Source of the DNA: Phoronis australis
Taxonomy: Eukaryota > Animalia > Phoronida
Reading direction: 5' to 3'
Assembly: GCA_002633005.1 (NCBI GenBank)
Contig: NMRA01000375.1
Coordinates: forward strand, 322,241 to 386,240
Length of the DNA stretch: 64,000 bases
The translations under genes and the position numbers were made by a program. This document shows positions 1-13,050 of the stretch, one piece after another (positions within the stretch are counted from its first letter, which is position 1; every line of letters starts with the position of its first letter). The notes below the pieces were generated by a model. The model was not told the DNA's origin. It worked only from the letters and a program-made list of their open reading frames with translations, and searched no databases.

Positions 1-340
1 GGGTTCTTTTTTTAACTTTGAGTGTGTGTGTCGTGTCTGCCCTTGTAATTCAGGGACACCGCGTATACGCTGTTAGACTGTCGCAGCAGAATATTGTTCG
101 AATTTTATTTAAGTGAAAGTGTACCTTCAGTATTTAAAAACTGTGTAAAAGTAAAGTTTGTAACAACTTCAGTAACAAATATTGCCTTTAACTTTAGCAA
201 GAAAATCATAACTCCGATCCATTTTTAAGTCATAGCAAACCTTCGTTAACATTGCGTCATTTTATGTCGTATCTTTCTGTAATGAAATACTGATAAATCA
301 AAGTAAATTTAAAATGACATTACATTGTCTTTTGGAATAA
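1..340 (+). repeat. Partial second copy of the long-TIR transposon (matches 4121-4458)
   Basis: Colinear with 4121-4458 (gggttcttttttt..tttggaataa) with scattered substitutions; ends at an N join at 341. Confidence 0.9.
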
Positions 341-341
341 N

Positions 342-880
342 AGACTGACCCAGCCAGCACTGTCCTACTTTAAAGCATGGCTCGTCCGTCATGTTGCGCC
401 ATCTATTGTTCTTTATTGTAGTTGATTGTGTGCTCTCTATTTGATTTTTCGCTAGTCACATGAATGTTATCGTGTTTGACAAACTACCACTTTAGATAGA
501 GTTTTGAACGGGCTTTCAGATGATAATTTTCAGTTTGCGCTACAACGTCTACTTTTTGAATTATTCGAGATTTTCGGATACCGTTGTGCCAATTCGGTCA
601 CGCAGCTGGCTGGCTTTGTTTTGGTTATGCCTAGTTGACCCAGACTGACCCAGCCAGCAGTGTCCTACTGTGGCATAGCTCTCTGTAGACTGTACAATTC
701 CAGGGCAAATACTTATTGTAAACATAACTTTGCTTTGCAGACTGTCACATAGCGCCACCTATTTTAGAATATGATAACAGACATGACTCGTCCGTCTTGC
801 TGGGCCATCTATTGTTCTTTATTGTAGTTGATTGTCTGCTCTCTATTTGATTTCTTCGCTAGTCACATGAATGTTATCGT
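342..880 (+). repeat. Local direct duplication (342-~475 vs 642-~880)
   Basis: agactgacccagccagca..tgtcctact and gccatctattgttctttattgtagttgattgt..gctagtcacatgaatgttatcgtgtt occur twice; the second copy has extra sequence in the middle. Confidence 0.8.
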
Positions 881-2416
881 GTTATCGTCTTATTCATAAT
901 TGCCGCCGTGATCGTCTTGATTGTCGTCGTCTCCCTCATCGTCGTCTTTTCGATTAGTTCCGCCAAGTGTCGCTCCTCTGAGCGCTCTCGTTTTTCTGTT
1001 GCTCGAAATTTCAAAAAAACACTGGTTGTATTTTCGCGAAATTTGACACAATGATGTAGGGCACGGATAGAGTGGTTTATGCTAATTAATGGCTGCTAAG
1101 TGCGGTGACCACCCTTTGTGCATGTTTTATTTCTTTGCTACTCATGTTGAATCTTCATTTTTAAAAACTTTTGACTTGATATTAGTTATAAAAGGTGAGG
1201 TGCCTATACCTTTTCAGGTGTGACTGTTGCAGCGACCTCTTGTGGTCGGATTGTTGTCTCCTTCTACCTTACGTGAAACTGATATGCAGCCCTAGACACA
1301 TGCAGTTTGTGGGTTCCTGTAAGCACATATCAACATTTTGCATTTCTCTTGCTGACCACTGCTACCCTGTACCGCCCATCCTCTGGCCATTTCATCAGGA
1401 CCTCATGAAAGAGGTTTTTTGGTGTGACTTTATGGGATTCGATTCTATAATCTACTGGTCCTGTTATAATTATGGCGTTGCATCTTTGCCAGCAATTGCT
1501 GCACATTTGAATAGCATTTGGCCTGCTTGATGTTGGGACTATAGCTTCACTGTTGTTAACATTATTGTTACACAACTACTGGCTTACAAATTGATTAACA
1601 AATGGTGTAAATATGTATTCAAGACTATGTAACTGTAAGTACATTAGTAGTTACAGAAAACATCAGCTGCCATATCATTCCAGGGCCTTTGTTGATATTC
1701 GCAAACTTCCGACGTGCTGGGATTGAACGCTGCAGTACAGTCTGATTTTGATTGTGATGCCTTAGGGAAAAGACAGTTGCTGGCGAAAAGTTGCACAAAT
1801 TATCCACATTGTCTTGTTAACCAAAATGCCTTAGTGACGTCTACACACAGTCTTCCTCTTGAACAAGTTACTCCTGGAATAAGTTGCCACTAGGTTTGGA
1901 GACTGTGTGGACGCTGTTTAAACTAGTGCATGATTTATCCCACTTGTGACAACTAAAGTCCCGTCCACACACAGCCTACCCTAGAGCAACTTGCACTGGC
2001 GCAACTTACCCTACTTTTGAGTGGAGCGTACAGACACACACATAATTCGATATCTAGGGTAAGACAGAAGTTGTCGCTCTGTGCGTGGCAATGAATGCCT
2101 TATGAGTCATTCCACATGAGGATGTCAGGTCGCCATCTCAGAATTGGATGAAAATTCTCTGAGAGGTTTATCGTAATACACAATGGTTAGTTGCAACATT
2201 TCATTTACCTGCGTCAAAGGGTCTCTGAGATATGGCCCTTTGAAACATTGGGTGCCATGCTCATTTTTGCCTTCGCGTATTGAAACTGTTTTCTTTCTGA
2301 TTTTGGAGACTTTTAACTTCAAAATTAAGCATTGCATTGAACTGAAAATGCCTAGATGGATTAACACCATACCAGGCTGTTAGAATCTATCACCAGAATT
2401 CACCAAGCAAATGTCA

Positions 2417-4919
2417 TACCTGAACTGAGGGGGCACTAATTGTAAAAAAATTGCGATCACAAATCTTGAATTCGACTTTTGACTAGTCCCAGAATATTAA
2501 ATGAAAGCAACCAAGACACTTAAAATACAAAAAGTATATTCCTTATTAGTACTGTAAACTTTAAAAAGTAAAAAAAACAAATTTTGATGGTCAGTGTATA
2601 AAGTTAATTGGCACTAAAAGCATTTTCAGTTAAATAACACCTTTTATCAGTCATTTCCGGCACGCAAAAGTCAGTGTCTGCAGTTTTCAGTGATATTGAC
2701 TTATGTATAATGATTATATTACCAAAAATGTTTTGTTTAAAGCATCTTCATTGTTAAATGAGTCTTTGTTAAAGGGAGGTTTATGATATTTTCTCATATG
2801 CAATCGGTTTAGGCCATTACATTGATAGTTTTAATGACCTTTAGGCTCAAGTTATTGGATTTATTCTAAAAGACAGTATCATGTTATTTTAAACTTTTTT
2901 GACGCAGGCAATTTTTAAGATAGGTCATAAAATGACACGATATTATTAAAAGTTTGCTATGACTTGGTAGTTTGGATTTTCTTGCTGAAGTTAAAGACAA
3001 TGTCATTGAAGTTGTAATGATTTTCAGGCTCAAGTTATTGGATTTATTGCAAAAGACACTATCATATTAATGATAATCCAAACTTTACTTTGTCTCAGAC
3101 AGTTTTTAAGTGCGGAATGACAATACGACATACAAAGCTAAAAAAATTTGTTATGGCTTAAAGTTCATAAGCGGTAGATGCATATTAACTCGAGCACCAT
3201 CTCGACTTCAGGTACAACTGTGGAAGTTTTTGTCCGAAAAGTTGGGGATTGTTTTGAGTCTGACAACATTTTATTTCTAAAGCACGGTCCAAGTATACTA
3301 TTGATAATGTTGCAGTAGACAAAGGAGTTGTTTTGTATATCATCCAGGATGCTGTTCATTGGTTCCATTTGAACAATTCCTAAGCCACTTTTCATCCATT
3401 TGCGGCTGAAGTGCTCATTGGTTTAGCTGCATCTATTATTTCTGAAAGTGTGACGCATGTTATTGCGTCTGCACATGCATTTATCACCACTTTGATACCA
3501 TTACCATACTTGAGGAACGTTCTGTCATTTGTGAAAATAGAATGTACTTAAGTGATGGAGCAGGTACTCAATACAAAAACTAGTTTATTAACTTGTGTTA
3601 TCGCATGGATGATTTTGGGCTTGACACTGAGTGGGTCTTCCCATGGAAAAAGTCCATGATGGGATAGGACTGGTACTCATTGTCAGAGCAAGCCTCTTGG
3701 CTTGAACAACAGCTTATCACATTCTCACTCCATTGCAGCTGTGTCAGTGGTCACATTCCTGGCATTAAATTTTGCTATATTTCAGTAGATGACATTTTAA
3801 GAAATGAGATTGGTTATGATCTTTATAAAATATTCGGTAGTGGAAACTCTGTCACAGGCCCTGGGTCACACCAATGTTTCATGCCATTGTGTTAGAATGC
3901 ATTTAAGATGAAACAAGTATCAGTGGGTTATCATTTAACACTTATTGGTGAAAAACCTGCAGGTGAGCTAGATCAAGAGACACTTCATGCTTTGTGAATG
4001 GCAAGGAATGCTGAATTGGGTGTAGGGAGGAGCATTCTGAAGAAAACAGTGATATATTAGTCACTTTGATGATATAATCGACCATGGCATGGTCATCTGT
4101 TTCAGAGAATATTGGATGCTGGGTTCTTTTTTTAACACTGAGTGTGTGTGTTGTGTCTGCCCTTGTAGTTCAGGGACACGGCGTATACGCTATTAGACTG
4201 TTGTAGAAGAACATTGTTCTAATTTTATTTAAGTGAAAGTATACCTTCAGTATTTAAAAACTGTAAAAGTAAAGTTTGTAACAACTTCGGTAACAAATAT
4301 TGTCTTTAACTTTAACAAGAAAATCATAACTCCGATCATTTTTAAGCCATAGCAAACCGTTGTTAACATTGCATCATTTTATGTCGTATCATTCTGTAAT
4401 GAAATACTGATACATCAAAGTAAATTTAAAATGACATTACATTGTCTTTTGGAATAAATTGAATATCTTGAGCCTGAAAGTCACTAAAACCATCAATGTA
4501 ATGACCTTAAACCCATTGCAGATGAGAAAATTTTATTAAAATCCTCCACTTAACTACGAATCATTTAACCTTGAATGTTTCAAACGCAACATTATAATTT
4601 TGGTAATATAATCATTATGCATGTGTCATTATATGAGAAGAAATTCATTATCATTGAAAACTGCAGACACTGATTTCTTGTGTCCCGGAATTGACCGAAA
4701 AAAATGTGTCACTTAACTGAAAATGGTTTTAGTGACACATAACTTCAACCATGACCAACAAAGTCTATTGTGTATTACCTTTTAAAGTTAACTGTAATAA
4801 GGAATATACTTTTTGGCATTTAAAGTGCCTTCATTTAATATTCTGGGGCCAGTTAAAAGTCGGAATTTAGGATTCGCAATCACATGTTTTTGACATTTGG
4901 GACCCCCTCAGTTCAGGTG
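2417..4919 (+). mobile_element. Decayed DNA transposon with ~650-bp terminal inverted repeats and a DDE transposase pseudogene (tentatively Sola2-like)
   Basis: Left end tacctgaactgaggggg vs right end ccccctcagttcaggtg; inverted similarity continues to about 3100/4245. Internal broken frames give HFISKARSKY, FHLNNS*ATFHPF, YLSDGAGTQYKN*FINLC..DDFG..EW and SHGKSP..DGIG (about 3265-3670). Superfamily assignment is from motif memory only. Confidence 0.8.
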
Positions 4920-7900
4920 TAACAACACCAACATGGAAATGAATGGATCTTATCTCAACTTGCCTATGTTTCACTGGACTGTTTGTTGTGTCCGGCAGAC
5001 TTGTCAAACGAATCAGACACTGCTAAAGAATGTCTTGGATGAATATACACGCAATGCAAATGACACAAATTCATCACTGGAAAATTACTGAATTGAGGAT
5101 AAAGATGAAGAACAGAGGCTTGATCGATGACTTCAGCGGAATACCAAATTTTGACTGACCCACTATCTAAGAAAGCAGTCAACCACATATTCAGCAGACA
5201 CATTTCTGGCTTCTTGTGACAAAATAGATCACAAGACTTTCACTGTGACTTATGCCGCATAAGTAATTATACTTTAATCGGAGTTAAACAACGATAGCTG
5301 TGCAGACCAGATTTAATAAATAGCTTTCAACATTTTTTTACATCATAATAGCTTGGATTAGGTGTGATTAGTAATGAAGGTTTGGTAGGACTTTACAAAA
5401 ATGTGCAAAAGTCAGATATAGCGAGCCCACATTTTAAGAACCGGTTTGATGCCCGTTATTCTGTGGAGAAAACAGGTTCTCAAAGTGCAGGCACATTATA
5501 TCCGACTATTACCCAAAAATCTCCAAATGACTAACTTCAGAACATCGTCTCTTAGAAGTGACTGATCGAATTATTGTGAAACTTTATGACATTATTTTAT
5601 GCCTGTTCTCCAAATCGCTGTCAAGAAGTGTTTTTGAAATGTTCCACTTCTGCATGAGACGCTCGGAAAAAATGTGACTCGCGCAGTTTATGGGAAAATG
5701 GTATAAGTTGCATTAAACGAAAACGAAATAATTAGAAAACTAACAGCATTTTTGAGGTTTTACCATGAATAAAAAATTGTCCATGATGTTGATAATATTA
5801 TTTCACGAGGAATGTACTTTCTTTTTTGCTAAATTTATCTAAAAAGGCAGTTACATGGCCCGGTTTATGGTAAATTAATGAAGTCAAAAGTTAAATTCTA
5901 TAGGCTTTCCACTTTAACAAATTGTATACTTCTACTGAGCTTGCATTGACTTGTGTATAAGGTCCTGAATAATGGAGCGAGAACACCCTGCAGTAGCTGA
6001 TGACTCATCACCAGTGATGACTCGGTTGGAATCGTTTGAATATGCCATGAATTTGCATTTCTGCAGCTACGAAAACCAACCTGTTGAGAAATTGTTCTGA
6101 AAAATGCAGTGTAGGCATTGCCTTAATAAAATAAAGTTTGTGATGACATATATGCTGTTGTATGTTTAATAAAATGGTTAAAACTCGCTCGTTTCAGTTG
6201 TTATCAAAGCTGTAGTCGATGCGACCAGTGGCGGATTGTGAAAACCAATTCGCAGAAATTTGCACTACCAGTATTTTAACAGATGTTAAGTTTCCGTTTG
6301 CACACGTTCTGTTCACATTTAATTCTTCAAAATTTGCCTGCTGGTTATCTGCTTAGTTGTGATCTCAACATAACTGGTCTCCTTCATGTTGTTTCAGTTT
6401 GTCTACAGTCTTATTTGAAGTACAAGTCACTAGGAAACCAGGTAAGATAGGTGGCTTGTTTGGCAGTTCTGGAGAGTGTTCTGTAGACCTAGTTTCTCAC
6501 AAGAAAAGCAAGATTTTACAAGACTTTTGCAAGACTTGCGAAATCACACTAATGAAACTCTTCAAGTGAATTTACTTAGCTGTGCCTTTTCTTACGGAGT
6601 TGAAAACACTTGGATGGCAATGTGCTCGGTGCCAGGCAAATGGCTGTGTTTCATGTTAGGGTAATATATCTATGACATTTTGATGGCTGCCTGTTATTAT
6701 GCGGAACATGTTAACGTCAGTCTTTGTGATATAAAAACACGCATCACTTTTTATTAATCTCCATCAAATAGGAAATAGCTGGCAATAATAGATTGTTTTT
6801 TAGTTCTGCACGCAAAATCTTTGTATACCATTAAGAGAATGTAATTAGGTTGAAGCCTCTATATGACTACATGATTAATGGTCTGTGCACCAGAAACAGT
6901 GACCAGCTGATAAAAGCCACAGTTCTTACCAGCCAATGGCGCTCTCTCGTAAGATAGGGCCAGTGCATATGGAACGCTTCAAAGTTAACTCAGCGTGGCA
7001 ATACAACCACAATTGAACGAATCAGCAGCAAGTTAGTCAATGGCTCCCGTCTCAACGTAAGCTGCGAGTTTCGTTAACTTCCACGCGAGGCTGCCAACTG
7101 AAGTGGTTCCCCTCTATCTGCGCAGGCTCATTGTGGGGGACTCGTAGGCCATTTTTAGGGACGTTCCTTTGACTGCTTTCATCTACAGTTTGCAGACAGT
7201 ATTCACAGTGTCTATAGTGTCCATGTAAACACCTAGCCAACAACAGCAGTAACTGTTAGTGGAACTATTTAGTTTTCATTCTCTCAGTGGTAGTTGTAAG
7301 TTATATATTCGAATTCGTTAGATAAATCTGTGTAACGTACGTGTCATCTGGGAGTTTCCTGTACAGTTACAATGAGCCATGGTTACCAGCTATAATTTGA
7401 AAACCAGTGCGATACCAATACATTTAGATTCAATACTGACAGACGGAAGCATTGTTTGCAATAATGTGCCTATTTTTAGTTGCCTTCAAATCGTATCTCC
7501 AGCAATAGATTTTAGTGGAAGAAATGTTAGACTGGCAAATATACGCAGTGCAAAGTATGAGTGAAGATTAGATGCATGCTAAACGTTTGAGAAGTAAAAT
7601 TTCTTTTTAAAAATTCAGGAATTTGCATATAGCCTCATGGGCCTATATACGCACATATACCATTATAGTACAATATTTTTGCTCTTTCTAACCCTGTGTT
7701 TAGGTTACAAAGAACATTTTTTCTTGGGCACATTATTAGGTAGAAATTTCTCCTGTTCTGACAGCCATTTTGTGGACATTTCGTAAAGTGAACTTAACTT
7801 AGCTTGCAAATCCATTGCTCTTTTGAATGAACTCTAACATATTTTGCAATAATAGGAATTTGGTATTCTGTTAATATCTCCAATATTTGATTATTATGTT

Positions 7901-8964
7901 AATATCTCCAACATGTGGTTAGTGCACAGGTTTGATCCCTTTTTCTTTTTGAGTCACTAAATCCACTAAATCCTGGTTGCAATGTTTGTCCATATGTTTA
8001 ATATCATTAACTGCAACAACCCCCACTCTCCAGCTTAGGCAGTAAAGGCATGCTATTTCTGTGGTGTACTATGGGACCAAAAAACTTGTAGTTGAAACCT
8101 GTGCTCATTACATAAAGAAAAAATCACCTGCAACATCTATTTTGGCTTAGTGCTCAAAGTGTTTTGTAGAAAAGCCATAGAAAGGCACTCACATAAAGTT
8201 TTATATGTTGTTGCTTGTCTACTGTGGGACAAGTACAGTACATGCTGAAAGTATGCGTACAAATTTACCCAAAATTCCCCAGCTTGATAACTTGACGGAA
8301 GCCGACCTCATCACCAGATTAGGCTTCTTTCGTGATCGAGAATGAAGGGAAATCAATAGAAAAGTTGGTGAAATTAAAATTTTGCCGCCCTACTTGCTGG
8401 CAGTAATTTTTGCTGTTAACAGAATTTCTCATTGCCATAATGAAAGGAAAAACGTCAGTTTGTTTAGTTTTGTCCTGCACCGTATCTAAATCATGACGGC
8501 CGAATTTTTTTAAAGTTTGGAGTTGAAAAATGTAGGGCACCACTGCAGCAATTTTAAAAACAACTAAAGACAAGAACCAACTATGCTAATTTTGGCGTAA
8601 CTGACAAATCGCGGAAAATAGACGGGATGACATCTCACTTAATTCTAGCCACTGTTCTCGTGAGTGTACCAAAAGCTGGTTGTGTCGATTCACGTTGCAC
8701 TTCCCCCGATGGATTTGAACTAAAGCAATATTCAGTAAACACACTCCTATCACTGTGTGAACCGCTGACTCTGTGAACCATTTAACTGGGCCAATCTGCA
8801 AAATTTGTTCAGTCCATGTCAGCCATGGTGTGTTCACATTTGTGTTTCGCTTATTAAGCTGTTAGTGGTTAGAAAATTAAATGCGAGTGATAAGGCGTTC
8901 ACTTCGCAGTCAATTGTTTCACTACTCATGAAAATAAGTTCATTCCATATTAAAAATACTACGT

Positions 8965-9352
8965 GAATAAAAACATGGAGAAAAAATAGAAGCCTTTAAA
9001 ATGTGGACATTCAGATGGATGGCAAGAATCAGCTGGACAGAAAGAAAGACCAACAAAGATGTTTGTAGCTTGCTCAAAATTAAACCATCACTCCTAAATA
9101 CAATCAAAACAAGAAAAATGAAGTACTTTGGTCACATTGAAGTTTAGACATGACACCATCTGCAAGAACATACCGGAAGGAAAAACAGAAGAGGTGAGAA
9201 CAAGAGGTAGACAACGCAGAATGTGGCTGGACGACATCAAGGACTGGACGAATCTATCACTACAAGAATGTTCCAGAAAGACAAAGAGCAGAGAAGAATG
9301 GCGGGTCATTTCAAGTCGACCTCTAAAGAGATGACACCACATGATGATGATA
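8965..9352 (+). mobile_element. 3' fragment of an RTE-like non-LTR retrotransposon
   Basis: Frameshifted C-terminal LINE peptide (KIEAF.MWTFRWMARISWTERKTN; YFGH; IPEGK...RTRGRQRRMWLDDIKDWT...REEWR) followed by an (ATG)n-type tail. Confidence 0.8.
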
Positions 9353-9494
9353 TGCCAGACAAAAATAATTGCTTAATCAGTTGTCAAAGTATTTTAACAT
9401 TGTTGTGAATGCTCAAATTTTCTCAAAAATTTTTTATAGTAGTAAATACATCTTTTATCGACACGAAACAAAGCGACGAAGTATGTTTTTTGGT

Positions 9495-10500
9495 ATTTTT
9501 GTATGCCCACGTATCTATATGTGGGTACACTTTGCCATCATCTCTGTCTGTGTGTCCACGGCTGTATCTCCTAAACCCCTTGTAGTAACGACGATATTTG
9601 GCAGATCTGTTCCTGTGAAACTGACTACTGGTGATGACGAGTTTCAGATGGGTCCGTCTACTGCTCTGCCCCTTAGTAGTAATTGTAGTCTTTTACATTA
9701 ATTTTGCGTAGGAGTTCCATGATGGATTTTTATGAAATAGGTTTCTATTAAGGAGACGACGATGTCTTCACGTTTTTGGAGGAATTAGACATGTTCTGCA
9801 CTTCCTGGCAATTTTAAAATATTTCGAGTACATTTTTGACTTTTGCCTCTCTTTCTGTGAAACCACTCCAAGGATGAATATGAAAATTGTCATATGTGCT
9901 TCCGATAAGAAGACCGCTGCTGATACTGATTTTCGGACAGGTTCGACTACTCTGGCGACCTCTAGTGCCAATTTTTTGCATCCACAGCTGTCATCTCCAT
10001 AATTCTTTGGAAGATCGTTGTGAAATATGGCAGATATGTTCCTCTTAGTGGCAGTTTTATATTAGCCTCTGAAATTTGGTTTGTATTAAAGAGATAACTA
10101 GACCTTTTCATTTTCAGACAGATTCGTCTTATTCTAAACCACCTAGTGGCCATTTTTATTATTTTGAGTTTGTTTTTTAGCATTTGCCTCTTAGTCCGCC
10201 TAATTGCTCAAAAGATCATTAGCAGTTGTGTTCCTGATGAAAATACCATGGCTGACTTACATTTTTGAACGGGTCTGGCACTTGTGAAATCATCCCCTAG
10301 TGGTGATTTTGTATTTTTTTTGAGACCAGAACTGTAGCTCCTGATTCCTTTGCAAGATATATGTGAACTTTTGCATGTGTTTTTTCTTGATATGTGATAA
10401 TGGCTGCCTACAAGTTTTTGGATGGCTTTGACTTAGCCGCTGTGTCACCTAATGGCAATTTTCTAATGTGGGATGGATTCAACATATTCTGCCTCATGTA
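9495..10500 (+). mobile_element. Helentron/HINE-like non-autonomous element with internal ~150-bp degenerate repeats
   Basis: T-run, then hairpin cccacgtatctatatgtggg, short (TCTG/TGTG) microsatellite, then repeated cc(t/c)ctagtggc motifs; same architecture as 24600-26125 in the opposite orientation. Confidence 0.55.
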
Positions 10501-10718
10501 AGGACCATTTTCATGGTACTAAAAACACCATGAGAAGCAAACCGATTGCACTGCAGTCGAAGGCACTTTCAACTTCTTGCTTTGCTCTCCTTTAGAAATG
10601 GAAAAAGTAATGATTCGCTTATCTTCTCTATTGTGTCATCAAGTTTTTGTCACTTCCATGATGCCTATCGCACTTGTGCTGCATCACGTCCCATGCTGAT
10701 TAGTCACGTCTGCTTCTA

Positions 10719-10862
10719 CATGGGCGGCGCACCATAGGGGACTGGGGAGCTGTAGCCCCCTACTTTTCAGTGCTGCGCCGACTTTGGTCTATAAGTGGTG
10801 CACCACAGGGGTGCTGGGGGGAGCTTTGGCCCCCCACTTTTTTCAGTGCTGCACCGCCCATG
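10719..10862. mobile_element. MITE with CATG termini and 5-bp TSD (hAT5-like)
   Basis: TIR CATGGGCGGCGCA / TGCACCGCCCATG; TTCTA duplicated on both sides; internal direct duplication. Confidence 0.75.
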
Positions 10863-12590
10863 TTCTATGGACTATTTTCGCTGGCTTGATGATGGGAAGG
10901 TGTCTCCATAGTAATGCTGGCTTTAGTCTTTCAGTTAGTGTGTACATTCAAAAGTTGGAAGACTGTAGTTATGTAGACAGTTTTGAACTGTCAATTGATT
11001 TGACTGTCCAAGCATGCTGCCTTTTTTCTCCTGTTATTGTGCTCTAAAAGCCCTTGATGTGACCTTGCAGCGAAAAGGCATAAGGAGATATTTTTCTTGA
11101 ACTGCATTCGACTTAAATGTTCGAGTGAAAAGATTTTGGGACATAATGAACCATCTTACTTTAAGGCAATCAAATACCTTTCCTACCAAAGGCCATGCTT
11201 CTTTAAATATCTTTTAAACTGTAACTCATCAACCGTGTAACCATATATTTTCAAATCCTTAATCACAGAAACCTATTGTAACCAGGAAAATAATGCCTTA
11301 CTGCTTGCAGTCACTTGATTGTCTGTGTTTTTTCTTAAAGAATTTGACCGGGGTGGGACAAGTTTGAGACTTTAACCGCGTTCTCTTTGACGCAATACCC
11401 GGGTCTCAAAGGACAAAAGGTTGTCTAGATGAAACCATAATGAGTAACCTTGTCACTAACATATAGTTTACAACTTTTCATTAAAATCATGGTAGACCTT
11501 GTTCTTCCACAGCAAAATTTCTTTTATCTGAATGAATTGAAGTTGGTTACAATCCAATTGCCTAGCACGAGCATGCTTTCCATAGAGGCAAGAATCAGCA
11601 GCTTCCTTTGTGAGATTCTTGTGTCTATGAAACTCTAGCCTGATCTTCCCTGTTACCACACCACCGTACTACCTTGGCGATTGAAACTAATCCAACCTGG
11701 CAAGTAACTTGATGAACCTATTTACTGAATTAAGGACAGGCTTATTCAGTTCTTCTCAAGCCTAGAAATCTTATTTAATCAAGGGTTGAAAGTTGCGGGC
11801 TTATGCCTCCTTTAGTAGGAAAGTTGTCAAATGATCGAGATCAGTTTTTCAACATTTTTGACTGGTTTTCTGCTGCAAACTGTCTGTATCAATGTTTGTT
11901 TTTGATATCTACTCTTGTTTCATTTAACAGTCCCCAGTTCTTGTTTTGTTTCATTTGGCCACCAAGTCTCGATCAAAAACATGGTTTTGTGAAACAAGAA
12001 AAAAGACGTTTTCTTGTGCTCTCTTAAGCACAAGTTATAACCAGGGTTCTCTACCACGTAAAGGGCATCTGGCACCTTGCCGTACCATAAATTCTGTCCT
12101 TAGCCAGAACATTGAGTGTATCGGCAAGGAAGCAAGGTCGTCAAAAAAAACAGCAATTATGCCAGCGTATCATTGGCTGGTCTTCTATGGGTAAAAACCA
12201 ATTTCTGTCACCTGTGTCATGATTTCATACGATGCAGGTAACAGATATTCCGTCCAACTGACATTACCCTGGTTTTGAGGGTATGGCTAGGTACCCACAG
12301 ACAATGCATGTCCTGCTTCTCTGGCTGGCCCACCCTTACCATCTTCTGGCACGCCTTGTTGTCAATGATTTGACACAAGTATTAACCTGCAAACTGTGCT
12401 GTATTTTCATCATAGGCAAGAAGAAAATGTTTGTTAAACATTTGGACAGAAGTCTAAAACCAGATTAGGGTATGTGCCATGCAGTATTACATAATACCTG
12501 CCGTGTCAGAGGAGTGTGGAATAGCATAGTGATGATGTGGCTAGCATGTGGCGTGCATGTAACCGACTGCTTTGTACCCCTAGGTTCACT

Positions 12591-12800
12591 ATGGCCACTC
12601 AGACGACCTTAGCCACGCAGAAACGCTACGTAGAGCAGCTCCGCATTGAGAACAGCATTCAGCGTACGCCCGTGTCCGAGTCTATCTCAATGATCATGAA
12701 GTTTATTGATGAGCACAGAAATGAGGACGCAATGGTGGTCGGCTTCGCCAGTAAAAAGGACAATCCGTTCCTGGAAAAGAGTGGATGTACCATATTGTAG
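12591..12800 (+). CDS. Heterotrimeric G-protein gamma subunit, invertebrate Ggamma1-like (69 aa), single coding exon
   Basis: MATQ..VEQLRIE.SIQR.PVS..D....GF...NPFLEKSGCTIL: GGL-domain pattern and CaaX (CTIL). Acceptor tacccctag at 12583, 7 nt before the ATG, implies an upstream non-coding exon. Confidence 0.93.
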   Translation: MATQTTLATQKRYVEQLRIENSIQRTPVSESISMIMKFIDEHRNEDAMVVGFASKKDNPFLEKSGCTIL

Positions 12801-13050
12801 AGGGGGGCCCTGTCTTGTGTAGTAGCGGGTGGGAGGGTGTGGGCTGGTGTAATAAAGGGGTACGTGCCACGTTATGTGGGTGCAAGGTGTAGTCAAGAGC
12901 TTATTAGTGTTTACGTTGTCACGTTTAGTGGGGGGAGGGCTGTCATATGTATTGGAAACTGTCATGTGTAGTAAAGGGGGGGAGGGTCACGTATAAGTGA
13001 GAGGGCATATCATTTCTCATAATAAGGGGCGTATCACCTGTACAGGGAGG
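12801..13050 (+). repeat. G-rich degenerate short repeats in the probable 3' UTR, including a canonical G-quadruplex motif
   Basis: Recurrent tgtagt..ggggg(a)ggg units; GGG-T-GGG-A-GGG-TGT-GGG at 12827-12843. Confidence 0.6.

Noticed and set aside
1-480. Tandem copies of the transposon and flanking sequence at the window start
   Set aside because: Both duplications abut the N at 341, so an assembly or haplotype artefact cannot be excluded.
12537-12590. N-terminal extension of the first Ggamma in the ORF track
   Set aside because: It starts at GTG and crosses a good splice acceptor at 12583; probably intronic.
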